Assembly (NCBI RefSeq): GCF_000315625.1
Contig: NW_005434663.1
Coordinates: forward strand, 62,001 to 126,000
Length of the DNA stretch: 64,000 nucleotides
Direction of reading: 5' to 3'
Origin: Guillardia theta CCMP2712
Taxonomy: Eukaryota; Protista; Cryptophyta
Part shown: positions 1 through 13,077 of the stretch, piece after piece
Position numbering within the stretch: the stretch's first letter is position 1
Layout of the letters: each line of letters opens with the position of its first letter
Position numbers and translations under genes: made by a program
The notes under the pieces: model-generated
What the model was told of the DNA's origin: nothing
What the model saw: only the letters and a program-made list of their open reading frames with translations
The model's database searches: none

Positions 1-3000
1 TTCCAACCATCACTGTAGGGTCGTTGCAGGACTCACTCAGACTCATCTTAACTCCCGTGGAGATCTCAGGCACAATTCCTTCTCGATTCCTGCAGATGCT
101 GTAGTAGTGATGTATCTCAGACTGAGTCTTGGTGAACATGTCCCCATGGAAAGAGTTTCCTCCTCCTCCTCCTCCTCCTCCTCCTCCTCCTGTGGTGCTA
201 TTCTCAGAATCCGCATCTTGATCCTCCTCCTCCTCCTGCATACAAATGCATCTCAGCCCAGCACAAACACTCACACTACAGACCTCAATGATTTGATCTG
301 TGCTTGCAAAATTTGACATCTGACGAGCGTTGGGGGCGGAGTGGATGTGGTTGGGAAGGAACGTGTAGTCGATGGAGATGTAGTCAATCTCAAGTACAGA
401 GTCGCCCACGAAATAGTTCACTTTCCTCGACTTCCGGTCTGAAGACTCTCTGTACAGATGTTTCGAGGTGACGGTGTTGAGGAACCTGACAGCAACTGAC
501 AAACTTGATCAGCCCGTCAGAGAGATCGAAAACAAGATTCACCATCTCGGTCAGTAGAGGACGACAACTTGTCCATGAATGTTCTCTTGCTCTCATGGAG
601 GAAAAGCTGGAACATCTCCCTCTTGTTACGGACCTCGGACATGGAGCACAGGCAGAGGCCCTGGCAGAGCTCAATCATGGCGGGGAGTTCGAACAAGTGG
701 AGCTGATGGGAGCGAGAGGGTGGGAGGATGCTTCCTATTCCTTCCACTGTGAGCACGACGGTGCGGATGATGAGATCGAAACACTGCAAGACATCGGGGA
801 GGGAGGAGAAGTGGGAGAAGTAAGGACGGAGGATCTTGTTTGCGATGGAGAGGAGGTCCTCGCGCGAGGGAGGCATCATGGCGATATTCACGAGCTGCAT
901 CATCATCCTCCTTGCTGCTTCGTCTCGCTGAACTGAGCAGTTGATGTCGTCCTGCCATGTCGCAAACTTGTGCTGAAATGTCTCCCACGTCCCATGCTCT
1001 GTACCACACGTTACCAGCATCGCACTTGAAAGTTTCTCTCTCCCTCTTCCTTCCCATCTCCCACTGCGTCTTCCCCTCAGTCACCCCCTCCCCTCGTCCC
1101 TCCCGCTCTCCCTCTCCACCTCTTCTTCCATCCTTTCTTCTCTCCTTTCCCCTTTCAATTTCCCTGCCCTTCTCTTCCTCCCCCCCCCCCCCAAGCCTCT
1201 TTCTCCTCACCAGGGTCGCCAGCAGGAAGGGAGAAGGCAAGAGGCCCGCACGTGGGCCGCTGGCAGGACATGCACAGCACAAACGAGAGATTGACTAGCG
1301 GGATCGTCCTCCTCCTCCTCTGCTCGGGCGACAGCCCCGTCGTGTACATCCCGTGCTCGGTCGTGAGCTGCCGGAGGTACTCCCACACTGAGTCGCTCGT
1401 GGTCAAGGGAGCCAGGTGGAGGTCGTCGACGACGATCGTTCCTCTTCCGCGCCCGAGCGGGGACAGCGCTCCTGACGGCAGCGGCTTCAGCATGACCTCC
1501 AGCGTCTGGTGGATGTCAGAAGCCCGGGCGAAGGAGGAGCAACTCCAGTTGATCACTCCGCTCCCTTGCATCCTCCTCCCTGCCGTGATCTGATGGAGCA
1601 GCGAGGACTTACCCGAGGAAGAGGAGCCCATCAACAGAATCCCGTTGGGCTGCGACCAGCCCCCGTTCCCCTGGTCGTGATCATCGATAGGGGAGGAGGA
1701 GGAAGAGGACGTGGAAGAGGACGAGGAGGAGGACGAGGAAGGAGCCATTAGATTGATGATCATGGAGGCACAAACGTTCTCAGCGGTGGGGAAGAAGGTC
1801 TTGGACCGGCTGATAGCCCCGCATCCGAAGTTCTCAACCTCCTCCATCCCCATTGCGTTCCATCGGATCCACAGACCGCTGTCAAGGTCAAGGCCCCAGT
1901 CGAAGATGGTCGTCTCCTCCTCTCCCCCTCCTCCTGGCACCATGATGCTGGTCGAGTTCTTTAGAAAGTGTGTGAACCTCTTCCGCTGCTCCATGTCCCG
2001 GCACGTTCCCGCAATTGACCACACGAGCGCAAACAGCGCCATTCTCTCCAGCGCCTCTGCGTCTCCCGCGTCCGTCTCGCGCTGTGCGAACAGGATCTGG
2101 TTCCGAGCGATGGCCTCCCGCAGGAGAGCATCGATGATAGCGAGCGCGGCTCTCATGGCGTGAACGGCGTTCTGAGAGGAGGAGGAGAGGCAGGCGACGT
2201 CCCTGCTGACGTGGCGCTGGAGGACGGGGAAGTAGACCTCGAGGAACTTCTTGATGAGCTTGTGGAAGTGACAGTGACGTGTCAGCGCCCATCGCGTCAG
2301 GAGGTCTTCCCAGCTCAAGCACGCCTCCTGCACGTGCACGATGCCGCACTTGCTGGTGGTGCTTGGGCTGAGGTGGGAGGCAGGAGGAGCCTCGAAGAGG
2401 AGCTTGGTCTCAGTCTGGAGGCTCTTGCGTGAGATGCGATCCCCGTTGGGGAGGAAGAGCTCTCTCTCCCTCATGATGCTCGTCAGCAGCTCCACCCACG
2501 CGCCCTCCATGCTGCCGTCGAGGACGACGAGGAACACTGACTGCTGGAAGGCGTCGTCCTTGCCATGGCAGTCGCGCCTGATAGGAATGCGCAATAGTGA
2601 GAAGAGAGTTGAGAATGAGATGAAAAGGAAGAAAAGGGTCTGGAGGAGGTGATAGAGAAGGAGAGGAAGAGGAGAGAACGGGAGGGAGGGAGGGAGGGAG
2701 AGTGGGAAGGAGGGAGAGAAGAGGAGGGGAAGATGGAGGAGGGGGAGGCGATGAGGGATGGGAGGACGGGTATCACCAGATAGAGGAGAAGACGCCATCC
2801 TGCCATAGTCCAGTGTCCTTGTCGAAAGCTCCGAAGAAACTTGTGAATGTAAGGGAGGAGGGAATAATGCGAACAATCTCAGAGATGGCCGGAGAGAAGC
2901 CTGGGGAGTCTGGGAAAAGTTTAGTGAAAGTAGAGAGCAGCAGCTGAGAAAACAAGGGTCATATGAAGAACAATACGTCATCGATCAAATTGTCAGTGAG

Positions 3001-6000
3001 AGAGAAGAATACAATCAAACAGAGCACAACACCAGATGCTGATTCACCTCACCAACAGAACAACAGCTCTTATCACCTTTTGCTTCCCCTGCAATGTTGA
3101 GACTGCCTCCTCCCGAGGAGTTGAAGGTAGCCAATGGCCCTCTCCCGCTCTCCTCCGCCGACTTGGAGGACGAGCTCGCAAGATGTGCGAGCAGCCGAAT
3201 GAGCATGCTCTTACCTGACAGCTGTTGCCCCAGCACGAGGATAGAGGAGTGGATGTGAAAGTTCTCCAGCAGCCGCAGCGCTGCTGACTGCATCTCGTCA
3301 TTGAGGATGAAACCTGAGCTGCGAAAGTGCAGGAGGAGGTCCCTCAAGAGGTCCAGGTGCCCCTCCCTCCCGCTCGTCTTGAACTCCTGCAGCTTCGCCG
3401 CTCCCATGCTGAAGATCTCTGCAAGGACCTGCTGGAAGGCTCGCAGCTCCTCGGGGATCAGCCGGGGCCCGAGCTCCTGGGCGAAGGCGAGGAGGACGAG
3501 GCTGTCGGGATCGGACTTCTTCTGCTCGTGCTGCAGGAGGATGATGCGGTTGATGACGCGGAGGAGCAAGCTCGTGCCCCAGCTCGCCTTCCCCTGCGAC
3601 AGCACCGGATGAAACTTGCAGGAGGAAAGCACCGCGTCAAGTTTCTTCGCCATCGTCGCGTACTCCGGGATGCCGTTGGCTCCCAGCCTGACCTGCGCGA
3701 AATGCAGGCGATCGGCTGCTCGCACTCGGACAGGGCGGAGGAGGCGCCGGAGGTTCTCAGGGAGATGGAAGAAGGAGGAGGAGGAGACGGCTTCGTTGCT
3801 GCAGAGGAAGATGGCGGAGGAGGTGACGTTGTTGAAGATGGCATGGGACGAGTAGCTCACCGAGATGTCTTGCTGCAGCGAGGCCGAGCGCATGAGAATA
3901 CCGTTGAGTTTGCTGCTGACGACGGAGAGAAAGGAGCGCGAGAAGGAGATGAAGCCTTCGAGCAGCAGCCAGCAGTCCGCCGTCTCTGACCCATTGATAA
4001 GCCGCTCGATGCTGGTGAGGGAGGACCCTTGCGTACACATGCGGTGGCAGACGAAATGACCGGTCATGCGTCCTAGCTCATGGATGGCGCTCTTCTTTCC
4101 AGCGCCAGCAGGGCCCAGGAGGGAGGGGCAGCGGAAGGAGCGGAGGGAGGCAGCCATGGTCATGAGGCAGCGCTCGGTGCTAGGAGAGAGGACGATGCGA
4201 GTGGGAAGAGAACCCTGCCACTCGTGCTGGCACTCGACACTGGAGTTGAGGAGGGAGAGCCACACGCGGGAGCTGTAGATGTCGCAGTAGATCCTCGGAT
4301 GCTGCAGCCACTCGAAGTCGCTGGCGCCCTCGACACTGGAGGAGATGAGCGAGTCGAGGGAGTCGCGCAGGTTCATGAGGAGGGAGAGGATGGAGGAGAC
4401 TTTGGCGTTCACCTCTCCTCCCTTGCTCGTCTTCAGCGCCAGTGCCGTCGACTCGAGAGTTGTAGCCAGCCCCCGCTGTGCCGTCTGCATGAGGCGGAGG
4501 AGGGGCAGGGAGTTGGTCCTTGCCCGGTCGAAGACGTTGCTGACCCCGAGGGTCCACAACATTCTGAGAACGAGGAAGAGAGTCTGCAGCTCGAACTTCT
4601 CCAGCGCCTTCTCCATCGCTTGTAAGTCTATAAGCATCGTGAGCCCATGGTCGGAGCAGCCCAGGAAGTACTCGATCCCTTCCTTGGTGTTCTCCAGCAG
4701 AGCCCGGGTCGTAGCTCTCTCGATCGAGCTGAGAAACTTGTCGATCTTCGAGTCGCCGGGGGTGGGTCGCTCTTCCTCCACGAACTCAAGCTTCCTTCCC
4801 CTCCTGTCCTGCACGCCCATCGGCACCTGAACCTGCTGCATGCGCGGGTCCCCTCCCTCCTCCTCCCCGTCCTGAGAAGGCTTTACCTCCCTCCAGGACA
4901 GGTCGGCCACCCCGTCAAAGATGAGCGGGAGGTAGTAGCGGAGGGAGGAGGGGTTGTTGACGCAGGCGTACTGCATCTCAATAATGTCCTTGTCCTCCAC
5001 GAAGTAAAGCCGAGGAAAGTTCCTCCGCTGATGCTCCAGGAACTGAGACAGCGCCTTGGACGCGAGCTCGAACTTGGACTGGAGGGTCGGCAGCAGGTTG
5101 CGGACAGAGTCTCGCTCGCAGAAATAGTACACGAAACTCTTGTACTCTCTCATCTGCCTCAAGATGTTCAGCAGCTGCTGCTCCGCCACCTGGAACCCTC
5201 GCTGCGCTCTCGGCTCCCGCACTCCAACCTCTGGATCTGCAAGGAAGGGAAGTGAGGGGTAGGATGCAAGCGTGCATGGAAGAGAAGGAGGAGGGTGGAG
5301 GAGAGAGGAGAAGGAGGAGCGTGGAAGGTGAGGAAGAGAAGGAAGAAAACAAAGAGAAGAGAAGGTGTAGAGGATCGCAGCAAGAACGCGTGTGAAGGGG
5401 ATCGTGAGAATGATAGAGAGTGAAAGTAAACAAGAAGTTGTAAGTATCGGCGGCAGACGAGAGGAGACAACGTTGCAGGACAAGGAGAGTAGAGAGAGGG
5501 GGAGGGGGAGGGGGAGGGAGCGAGAGAAGGAGAGGGAGAGGGAGCGAGAGGGGGTGGGGAGAAGGAGAGGGAGAGAGAGAGAGGAAACAAGGAGGGGAGG
5601 GTGACAGTACCATGATAGACGCACTGGATGGTGGTCCACAACCCCTGGACCTCAATAAGCTGAGCGAGGGTCCTCTTGGCCACTAGCAGAGACCAGTACC
5701 ACTGCTTGACCTGCTTGTGAAGGTTCAACTGACTCTCGTCCTCCTGTAGGTGGTGGGAGGAGTGGGAGAGCGACTGGGAGTTGGAGAGGAGGGACAGGCT
5801 CTCCTGCAGTGCCATGGTCGTCCTTCCTGCCCACTGACCATCCACGATGTACACCAGGATGCCCGAGGAAGTCATGTGTTGCTGGAAGACAAACTCTTCG
5901 CTCCTCCACTCGAACTCGATCCTCCTGATCACGTCGCGTGTCAACTGCTCCTTCCTCGCTCGTGCCGCTGCGATCCTGAGCAGCTCGACGCTGCGGGTCA

Positions 6001-9000
6001 AGTTGATCTTCATGATGTCGGCCACGTTGACAGACGTCATGAGCCGGCGGGAGGACATGGAGTGCAGACTGCCCTGGGAAACGAAGAGACGGCGGGAGGA
6101 GGAGGGGTCGAGGCTGCTCCTCATGTTTACCAGGTCTGCGTCATCGAACAAAGCAACGGAGTTCCTCCTGGCCTGCAGAACTTCCAACCAGTGGACTTCT
6201 GACATGCAATGGATGTCTTCCACCAGCTGCATGCAGTGGAGGTTGTTGTAGGCGCGGGTGAGGAGCCTGTCCAGCTCCTTGTAGGCTCGGTTCTCCTTGA
6301 TGAAGTCCTCCCCCTGCTTCAGCTCCTCCTGGAACCCAACGATGGACGCGAGGTGAGAGGAGATGTTTGTCACGAAGTTCATGATGGACATGCCGAAGAG
6401 CGACTGCAGCGACTCGTCGATCCGATCCTTGAGCATGAAAAGTCGCTCGAAGCGCTCCAAGTGCGTCCGAATGCCCTCGAGCCCGTAGGAGGGCATCAGG
6501 TCTATCTGCATTGAAATCTGCGCGTTGCTCAGCTTCTTCCACCTCTCCTCCAGCTGCAGCAGCTGAGGTTTCAGCTCCTTGATCTGCCTGTGCGCATCCC
6601 GGGGGTCACACAGCGGCTGGGTGGGGCCGTCGAGCCCGAAGAAACTTCGCTTGAGGGCCTCGATGTCCTTGCGAAGACTCTCTTCCTCGAACGAGATCTT
6701 GGCGATCAGCTTGTTCCTCTCCTGCACCACGACCATGTGCCCATGCTCTTTCAGCCGCTGCACCTCCGCAAACTTCCAGTTCAGCCGCTGGAACTCCACG
6801 CGCAGCGAGTCAGCGCTAACGACAAGGCACGCCTGAGTGCTCTCGAGCACTGACTCCACGAAAGTCAGCTGGGACCCGTAGGTCTTGTCCAGCTGGTCAG
6901 CCTGCTGGATGGTATTGTGGAGTGTGACCATCCCGTCCACTGACGTGTCCACCACTGTTGCCTGCACCTCCTCGATGAGCCTGTCGCATGCTGCGTGTAG
7001 GCCGCGCACATAGCCGAGGGCCTGGGCGAGGAGGAACTGAGCGAAGAGCGTCTTCCAGGAGCGAGCTTCAGCCTTGAGCGAGTTCTTGAGAGCGACGGTG
7101 TCGAGGGAGAGAGCTCCGATGTTGTGCACGGGAGTGATGTCTTGGATTTCCTGCTCCACCTTCCAGTGGCTCTCCATCTCTTGGAGGAGGGAAGAGACGG
7201 CAGAGGCATCGAAGACGGGCGAGCGCAGCGACATGGAGTGCCTCTCAATCTGCTTCAGCGTCTTGGCGATGCGCAGCGGGGGATGCTGGTTGCTGACGAT
7301 CTTGGCGTCCCATCGCATCCTCTGGGACTTGCTGTGGAGGTTGAGGAGGAAGTCTTTCTCCTTGGGGTCTTCTAGGAAGAGAGCTAGCAGGCCGATCTTC
7401 TTGAGGAAGACCTCGATCGCAGCGTTCTTGTCTGTCATCCACAGATAGTCCCACCTGTGGAACGGCTGAAGAAACTCCTCCACCATCTGCTTCAGCACCC
7501 CGAGCCCTCCCGCCAGCATTACAATCATCTTCATCACCTTCCTGTCCTTGGCAATGTGCAAGTGCATAGAGAACTTCTGATCAAGCTTGCTCTCCTCCTG
7601 CTTCTCCTCCGTCTCCTCCTTCTCCCCCTCCTCTGTAACCTTCTTTTCTCTTCCCTCAAAGCCCCACATGGCGACCTTGGCCGTGGAGAGGATACACATA
7701 TGAGCGACTTCGTCGATGGCGTGCTGGATCTGCTCGAGGGACGGGACGAGAGCCACGTTGGGGTACTGCAGCTCGACATCGACGTCGAAGATCGGCCGGT
7801 CGATGTAGAAGAGGCCAGTGGGGCCAGCAATCAGCCTGTCCTTGAGCTTGTTAAGCGTCAGCACCAGCCCCTCCCGCACGGCCACGTAGCTCATGAAGCC
7901 ATAGTGCTTCTTCAGCTCGATCAGGTAGTGGTTGTCGTCAGTGTGGAAGCCGTACGGGGATGGAATCTTGCTCACTACCTCTTCCACCGCCATCTCCGCC
8001 TCCCTGTTCAGCTGGGGAGAGGAAGTAAGGGTGTCAAACTCGGTGAGGGAGGAGGTGGGGAGGAGTTACCTGGGCCACCTGCTGGGCTTTCTGGACGATG
8101 GTGGACTTCTGGTCCTCGAGGAACTTGTCGATGCCTCCTCCTCCCAGCGTGTAGGTGACGTTGTCGGGAATCTCGATCAGCGTCGTGTCCTGGATGCTCT
8201 TCAGCACCCTCTCCACCTGCCCAGCTGTCAAGGCACTCCCGCTTGTCAAAGTCAAAGATTGACCCGGTCAGTGAGGATGGAGTGCGTGTCATCGATGAGG
8301 GAGTTGAGGTACTCCAGACCAGCTCGGATGCTCAACAGAAAGGCGTCGATGTTCAAGCTTGTCAAGCACAATGAGCTATTATCCACTTCCCTCCCCAGCT
8401 GAGAGCTCACCTGACCCACGTGAGAGAGTAGAGCCCAGGATTCATCCTCGACTGCGTCAAATGTCAACGCAAGAGGTGTGAGGTAAGAGGGAGCTGGAGA
8501 CCTCGAGGTCGTCGATGATGTTGCTCATCGCGGGTTTGAGAGGAGGAGGGATGCGCTGGATCGATGTCCGGTACTCTTGCAGGATCTCGATCAGAGCAGA
8601 CTTGTGCCTCTTCAGCGTCGTCTCCCTCTCCAGCGCCTTCCGAGCTGCTTCAGGGAGCGCAAACCCGCAATGAAGGAATCCTTTGGCGTCTCGAATCTGT
8701 CTCAGGTCGTCAGGAGGGAGTGTCAACTTCAGCTGCGGCCCACCAGCTGCAACACCCCGTCGTCGAAGTTGACGCAGAACTCGAATGTCTCGGGGTGCTT
8801 GATGAGAAGAGTTGCCTGCAACCCAGACCACAAGACGTCTACTGTGCTGGTCCAGGCCTTCGACAAACACCATGTCAAACATCTCATGGGTGAATCAGAG
8901 GGGCGGCATGATCAAAGAAAAACGTCAACGGGCAGGGACGAGTCAAGCATCACCTGATACCATCTTGCCATGTAGTCAGCCAGCGTCTCATCCGTCACCG

Positions 9001-11580
9001 TTGCAATGCGCATGAACTTCCGGAAGAGAGCCGTGCCGTGCATGTCCGTCCTCATGGACTGGCAGCTCGCCACCGACTCCTTCACCCGCTGCTGCAGCTG
9101 CCGAGCCCATAGGATGTGATTGACAACAGGAGAGGCGTTCCTCTGTGCAGGAGGTGACTCTTTGTTCACCTCGTACTCCACCTGCAGCAGGTATGTCAAC
9201 AAGTCCTGCAAGTTTGCGGGGAGAGGATTACTTGTATCCTTCGTATCATCTCAAGGAATCTCCTGAGAACAGACTGGTACAGCTTCTCGATTCCCCGCCA
9301 GGCTCCCTTCTTGTCCCGGCCTGATATGCTCTCGAACTGGCAGGAGGATGTGTCAGAGGGAGGAGGAGCGATGTTTCAAAACCTTCTTCATCAACTTCAG
9401 CACGTCGTTGATGTCCACCCCCTCGTTCTGTACAGTCGTTTCCAGCTCCTTCCAGAGGAGCTCATCCAGCTGATAATGTCATCAAGGGAGTGACAGTGAA
9501 GGACACGATGGTTGTCACCCGCAGCAGGTTGGAATTGAACATGACGTAATCGTGATAGAAGTCGTTGTATCTCTCAGTCTCATCTAACATGTCGTTCCTA
9601 GTGAAGCCGTTGGTGAGCTTGAAGATCAGCCCGTCAAAGTCCTCAAGGACTTGCGTCACTCCCTGCATCTCAACCTGCTCTCCACTCAGCTCGTTCACCT
9701 CCCCTCCCCTTCCCGCGCTCGCACCTGCATGTCTGCGAACGCTCGGAACCGGATCCACGAGTCGAAAACCCCGGCGACTTGAGAGAATCTCTGGAGGAGA
9801 GGGTCGAGGCCTTGGAAGACGGTAATGGAGTCGATCTTGACATTTCTAGATTTGCTGTGGAAGAAACTTGAGGGGTGAGCAAGAGGAGGGTCGAGCTGAA
9901 CCTCAGGATCCCATCAAGGTAGGTGATGGTCTTGTTGCACTCATTCTTCAGCAGGGTCAGAACATCTTCGGCTCCCTTGGAGTCGGCAAGAGCTTCTGCT
10001 AAGTTTCGTTTCCAGATTGAATCCGAAGCTTGGTTGTCTCCTAGCAGAGATCTCTTGCAGGCCATCATTACCTGCCTCACTATCCTTCTCAGAAACTGTG
10101 TGACAACATGCGGATTCTGCCAGTAAAGGAGTCAGCAAAGTTAGTTTGCTTGCAAACAATTAAGACGACTTGATATGACTTGGCTGAGACGCAGAGGAGC
10201 TGAACGCCTTGAAAGATGGGTAAGATCGAGTCATAAATCTCTGCGACTTTCGGTTTGGGTTGGTACAGCTTGTCAAGACGAGGCTCGAGCAGAGCAAAGT
10301 GACGGACGTTCTCCTTGGTTGCACTGATAGCATCGGAGATTCTAAGCTCGAGGATTTTCCATCTTCTGCTCGATTTGGAATGAGAGGTGGAGTTAACGGT
10401 GATGACCTGTTTGCATTCAGGTAGACGAAGTTGATCTGTGAACCCAACTAATCGCATCAGACGTGTCCTCCAGCCATCTCCCTCCTCCTTGGGTCCAATC
10501 ACATCCATCAGTTTCGCCGAATTGTCAAATTCTTGCTCCTTTAGCAGCTCCTCTGCCTGGTCGCACCACTTTGTGAGGATCGTTTCGCAATGTGCCTGCA
10601 TCATGCGGGAATCCGAAGAGAGGCTGGACCTGTCGTCGAGGAGGATCTTCTGATCAGGTTTGGCTATCTCGACCACTTTCCTGGCTTCTTCTGAGATATT
10701 CGAGAATTTTTCTAGCACTGAATCGAAGGTGTTCAACATCTCCCGTTGATCTTCGACTTTGCAATCTTTCCATCCTTCCCATTGTGAATCCATCAGGATG
10801 TGCTTGTATACTTCCATCAAGTTCAGATGAATCGAGTCGAAGGAAGGGCCGATGACCTCTCCGCATGTCACATACTCGCAGATATTGTTCGCCTTCAATG
10901 AATTCGAGCCCCTTCTTAGAAACCATACGCAGTGTCCCTTGAGCTGCTCACGAAAGGGGTTTGCCAGCACCAGCTGGGTTTCTTGGGAGTTGGTAGCATT
11001 CTTGCTGTCAGACACCTCCAACTCTGATCCTACCGATTGATCAACCGACTGTCTAGCTTTCGAGCTCAAGGCGGCTGATGCGATCTGTGGGAAGAATCAA
11101 CTCGCATTGAAGAAGGAATAGAACAAGACCTTCAGGAAAGCAAGTCCGTGAGTTTTACTTAAGCCCGGGATCACTTTGGTGTTGTATTTGGGTGTTTGCT
11201 TTTGATAGTAAAACATCAGCCGCTTCCTGTACGGTCCAGCCCCTCGGATGAAACTCTGCAAAAAAAACTTTCAGTCATACACTTTGATGACTCAACCATG
11301 ACACTATATCTGCCACATAATTCAGGAATGATATTACCTTTACAGCTACTTTGGTCGCCTCCACCTCCACCACGGCTTCTATGCTTTCTTTGCTTATTCC
11401 CAATCGCAATTCCAACTGTTCTACAATCCACGATAGGGCAGCAGCTTGGTCAAAGTCATACTTGGCACCTCCGTGGTGCTGCGCAAGAAACGAAGCATCG
11501 TCGTCGTCCTCGTAGGAGGGCTGGAGCTGCTGCTGGGGAGAAGACGCACGGGAAGAAGAGGATGAGGAGGAGACAGACAT
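1..11580 (-). CDS. Divergent axonemal dynein heavy chain (outer-arm type), multi-exon, truncated by left window edge
   Basis: Exons give DHC_N1 (GPKEEGDGWRTRL; PPAQRNASPVVNHILWARQLQQRV), DHC_N2 (LSQFLEHQRRNFPRLYFVEDKDIIE), DFEWLQHPRIY, AAA1 (GPAGAGKK; LPENLRRLLRPV), AAA2 (VLGQQLSGKS; VVLDGSMEGAWVELLTSIM..LFLPNGDRI) and AAA3 (ILLMGSSSSGKS). Start ATG at 11580 is tentative. Confidence 0.9.
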
Positions 11581-11659
11581 GGCGGGAGGAGAATGACAGC
11601 AGATGTCAAAAAGCAGGGGGGTAGGGTGGAGGATTTTGGGTCGGAAATCAGGGGTAGTC

Positions 11660-12600
11660 AAACATACAAAGAGGGTGGCAATAGAGGGGGAGACCGTCTT
11701 TGTAGCTGTGCTGCAGCTACGACAGGGAGGCTGCCCCACCGAACACGCCCCGCTACTTCTGATGTCGAGTCACGGGTGAACGCAACTTGAAGTGAGAGAC
11801 TTGGCAAGTGGCTCAGGCTACTACTGATAGTAGGTCTTGCTCGCACCGTACAGGCTTACGTCTGTTTGCGAGCGGAAGCCGAAGCTTAACTGCAGACCCC
11901 GGAGCACGGCATTTGAGCGCCAGGAATCTTTGAGTGACCTACCAGGAAGGAGTGTAGTCAAGTTCACTTCTGCACGATTTGACAGTGACGATTCAGCAGT
12001 GTGCCATGACAGTGCGGGGGTGAAGTCTGAGACAGGAGCATGCTGGGCATTACTTGGTGTGGAACCTGACTGCCACAGACAAGCGTCTGTTTGAGACGAA
12101 GGACTGCACTGAGGAGCGTGTCGTCCCCCCTGGGTGTGGTGTTGGTTGACAGCAATGGGCACAGAACGGAGGAAAGCTTCTGGAAGGCCATGTCGGAATT
12201 TGTCGATTGCTGTTTGCTCGAAGGTACCAAGGTTTGTACTCTCCACTACAGCAGTTGAAAAGACCCTTGAATGGTGTTGGCTTGGGAAGGAGGAGGGCGC
12301 TGGAGGATGATAGGAACACGCGTCTGGCAATGGGGATCGCTCTAGCATGATGGGAGAAGAGGAAACTTGGAGGCAGAAGTTGCAATCTTGATTGGCAGGA
12401 TGCGGCGAAAGAATGTTTGGAGTCATCAGACTGCACTGGCTGACAGAAAGTACCAGCACTGCTTTGACGAATGATTGGAAATGAGTTTTCTGGTCGGATG
12501 AATCGTGTCTTCTTGGATGATCGGAGGAGGGATGAGTATTCACGGGTTGGGCGATGGATCATTGATTGGGGGCTTGAATGAACCAACGTAGGGTAGATCG
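11660..12600 (-). CDS. Hypothetical Ser/Pro-rich protein (or upstream exons of the dynein gene)
   Basis: 240-aa ORF 11821..12543 with plausible GT-AG introns; no recognisable domain. Confidence 0.3.
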
Positions 12601-13077
12601 AAGATGTTGGCGATCAGGAAGCTCTGTGAACCGGGTAACCAATGCGAGGAGCAATCGTCAGCAGTCGCGCGCATGCCTTAGCTTCTGCTAGTCTTGAAAC
12701 CTCTCTCATGCATGATTGCTCCTTACATCAGACATAGCCACCACAGTACTCATAACTTGTCAGGAACCCAGCACAAGTATGAAGCTCCATTTAAGAGATG
12801 GCGATGTGGAAAAGAAGGAGCTCGAGTTGTCAAGGACAGAGGTTGATGAACGACCCGTGCAGGGAGCATACCAAGGTGCAAACTTGTAATTGGTGGAATA
12901 TAGATTTTGCATCTGAGACCCGTTTACGGCGGAGATAGCTCATCTAAGGAAGAATCACAAGATCACGACCGTAAGAGCTCTAGTCTCATTGAACCCTTCT
13001 TCATAGTACAAAGTTCAAGGTCTACAAGGTCTACAAGGAAACAAGTTATGAAAAGCTCTGGTCTACAAGGAAGCAAG

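Noticed and set aside
1020-5605. Long L/S/P-rich N-terminal extensions on the dynein ORFs (e.g. 5240-5600, 2580-2770, 1020-1210)
   Set aside because: These are pyrimidine-rich introns that lack stop codons, not protein sequence
3327-8158. Numerous long plus-strand ORFs opposite the dynein gene
   Set aside because: Antisense shadows caused by high-GC3 codon usage
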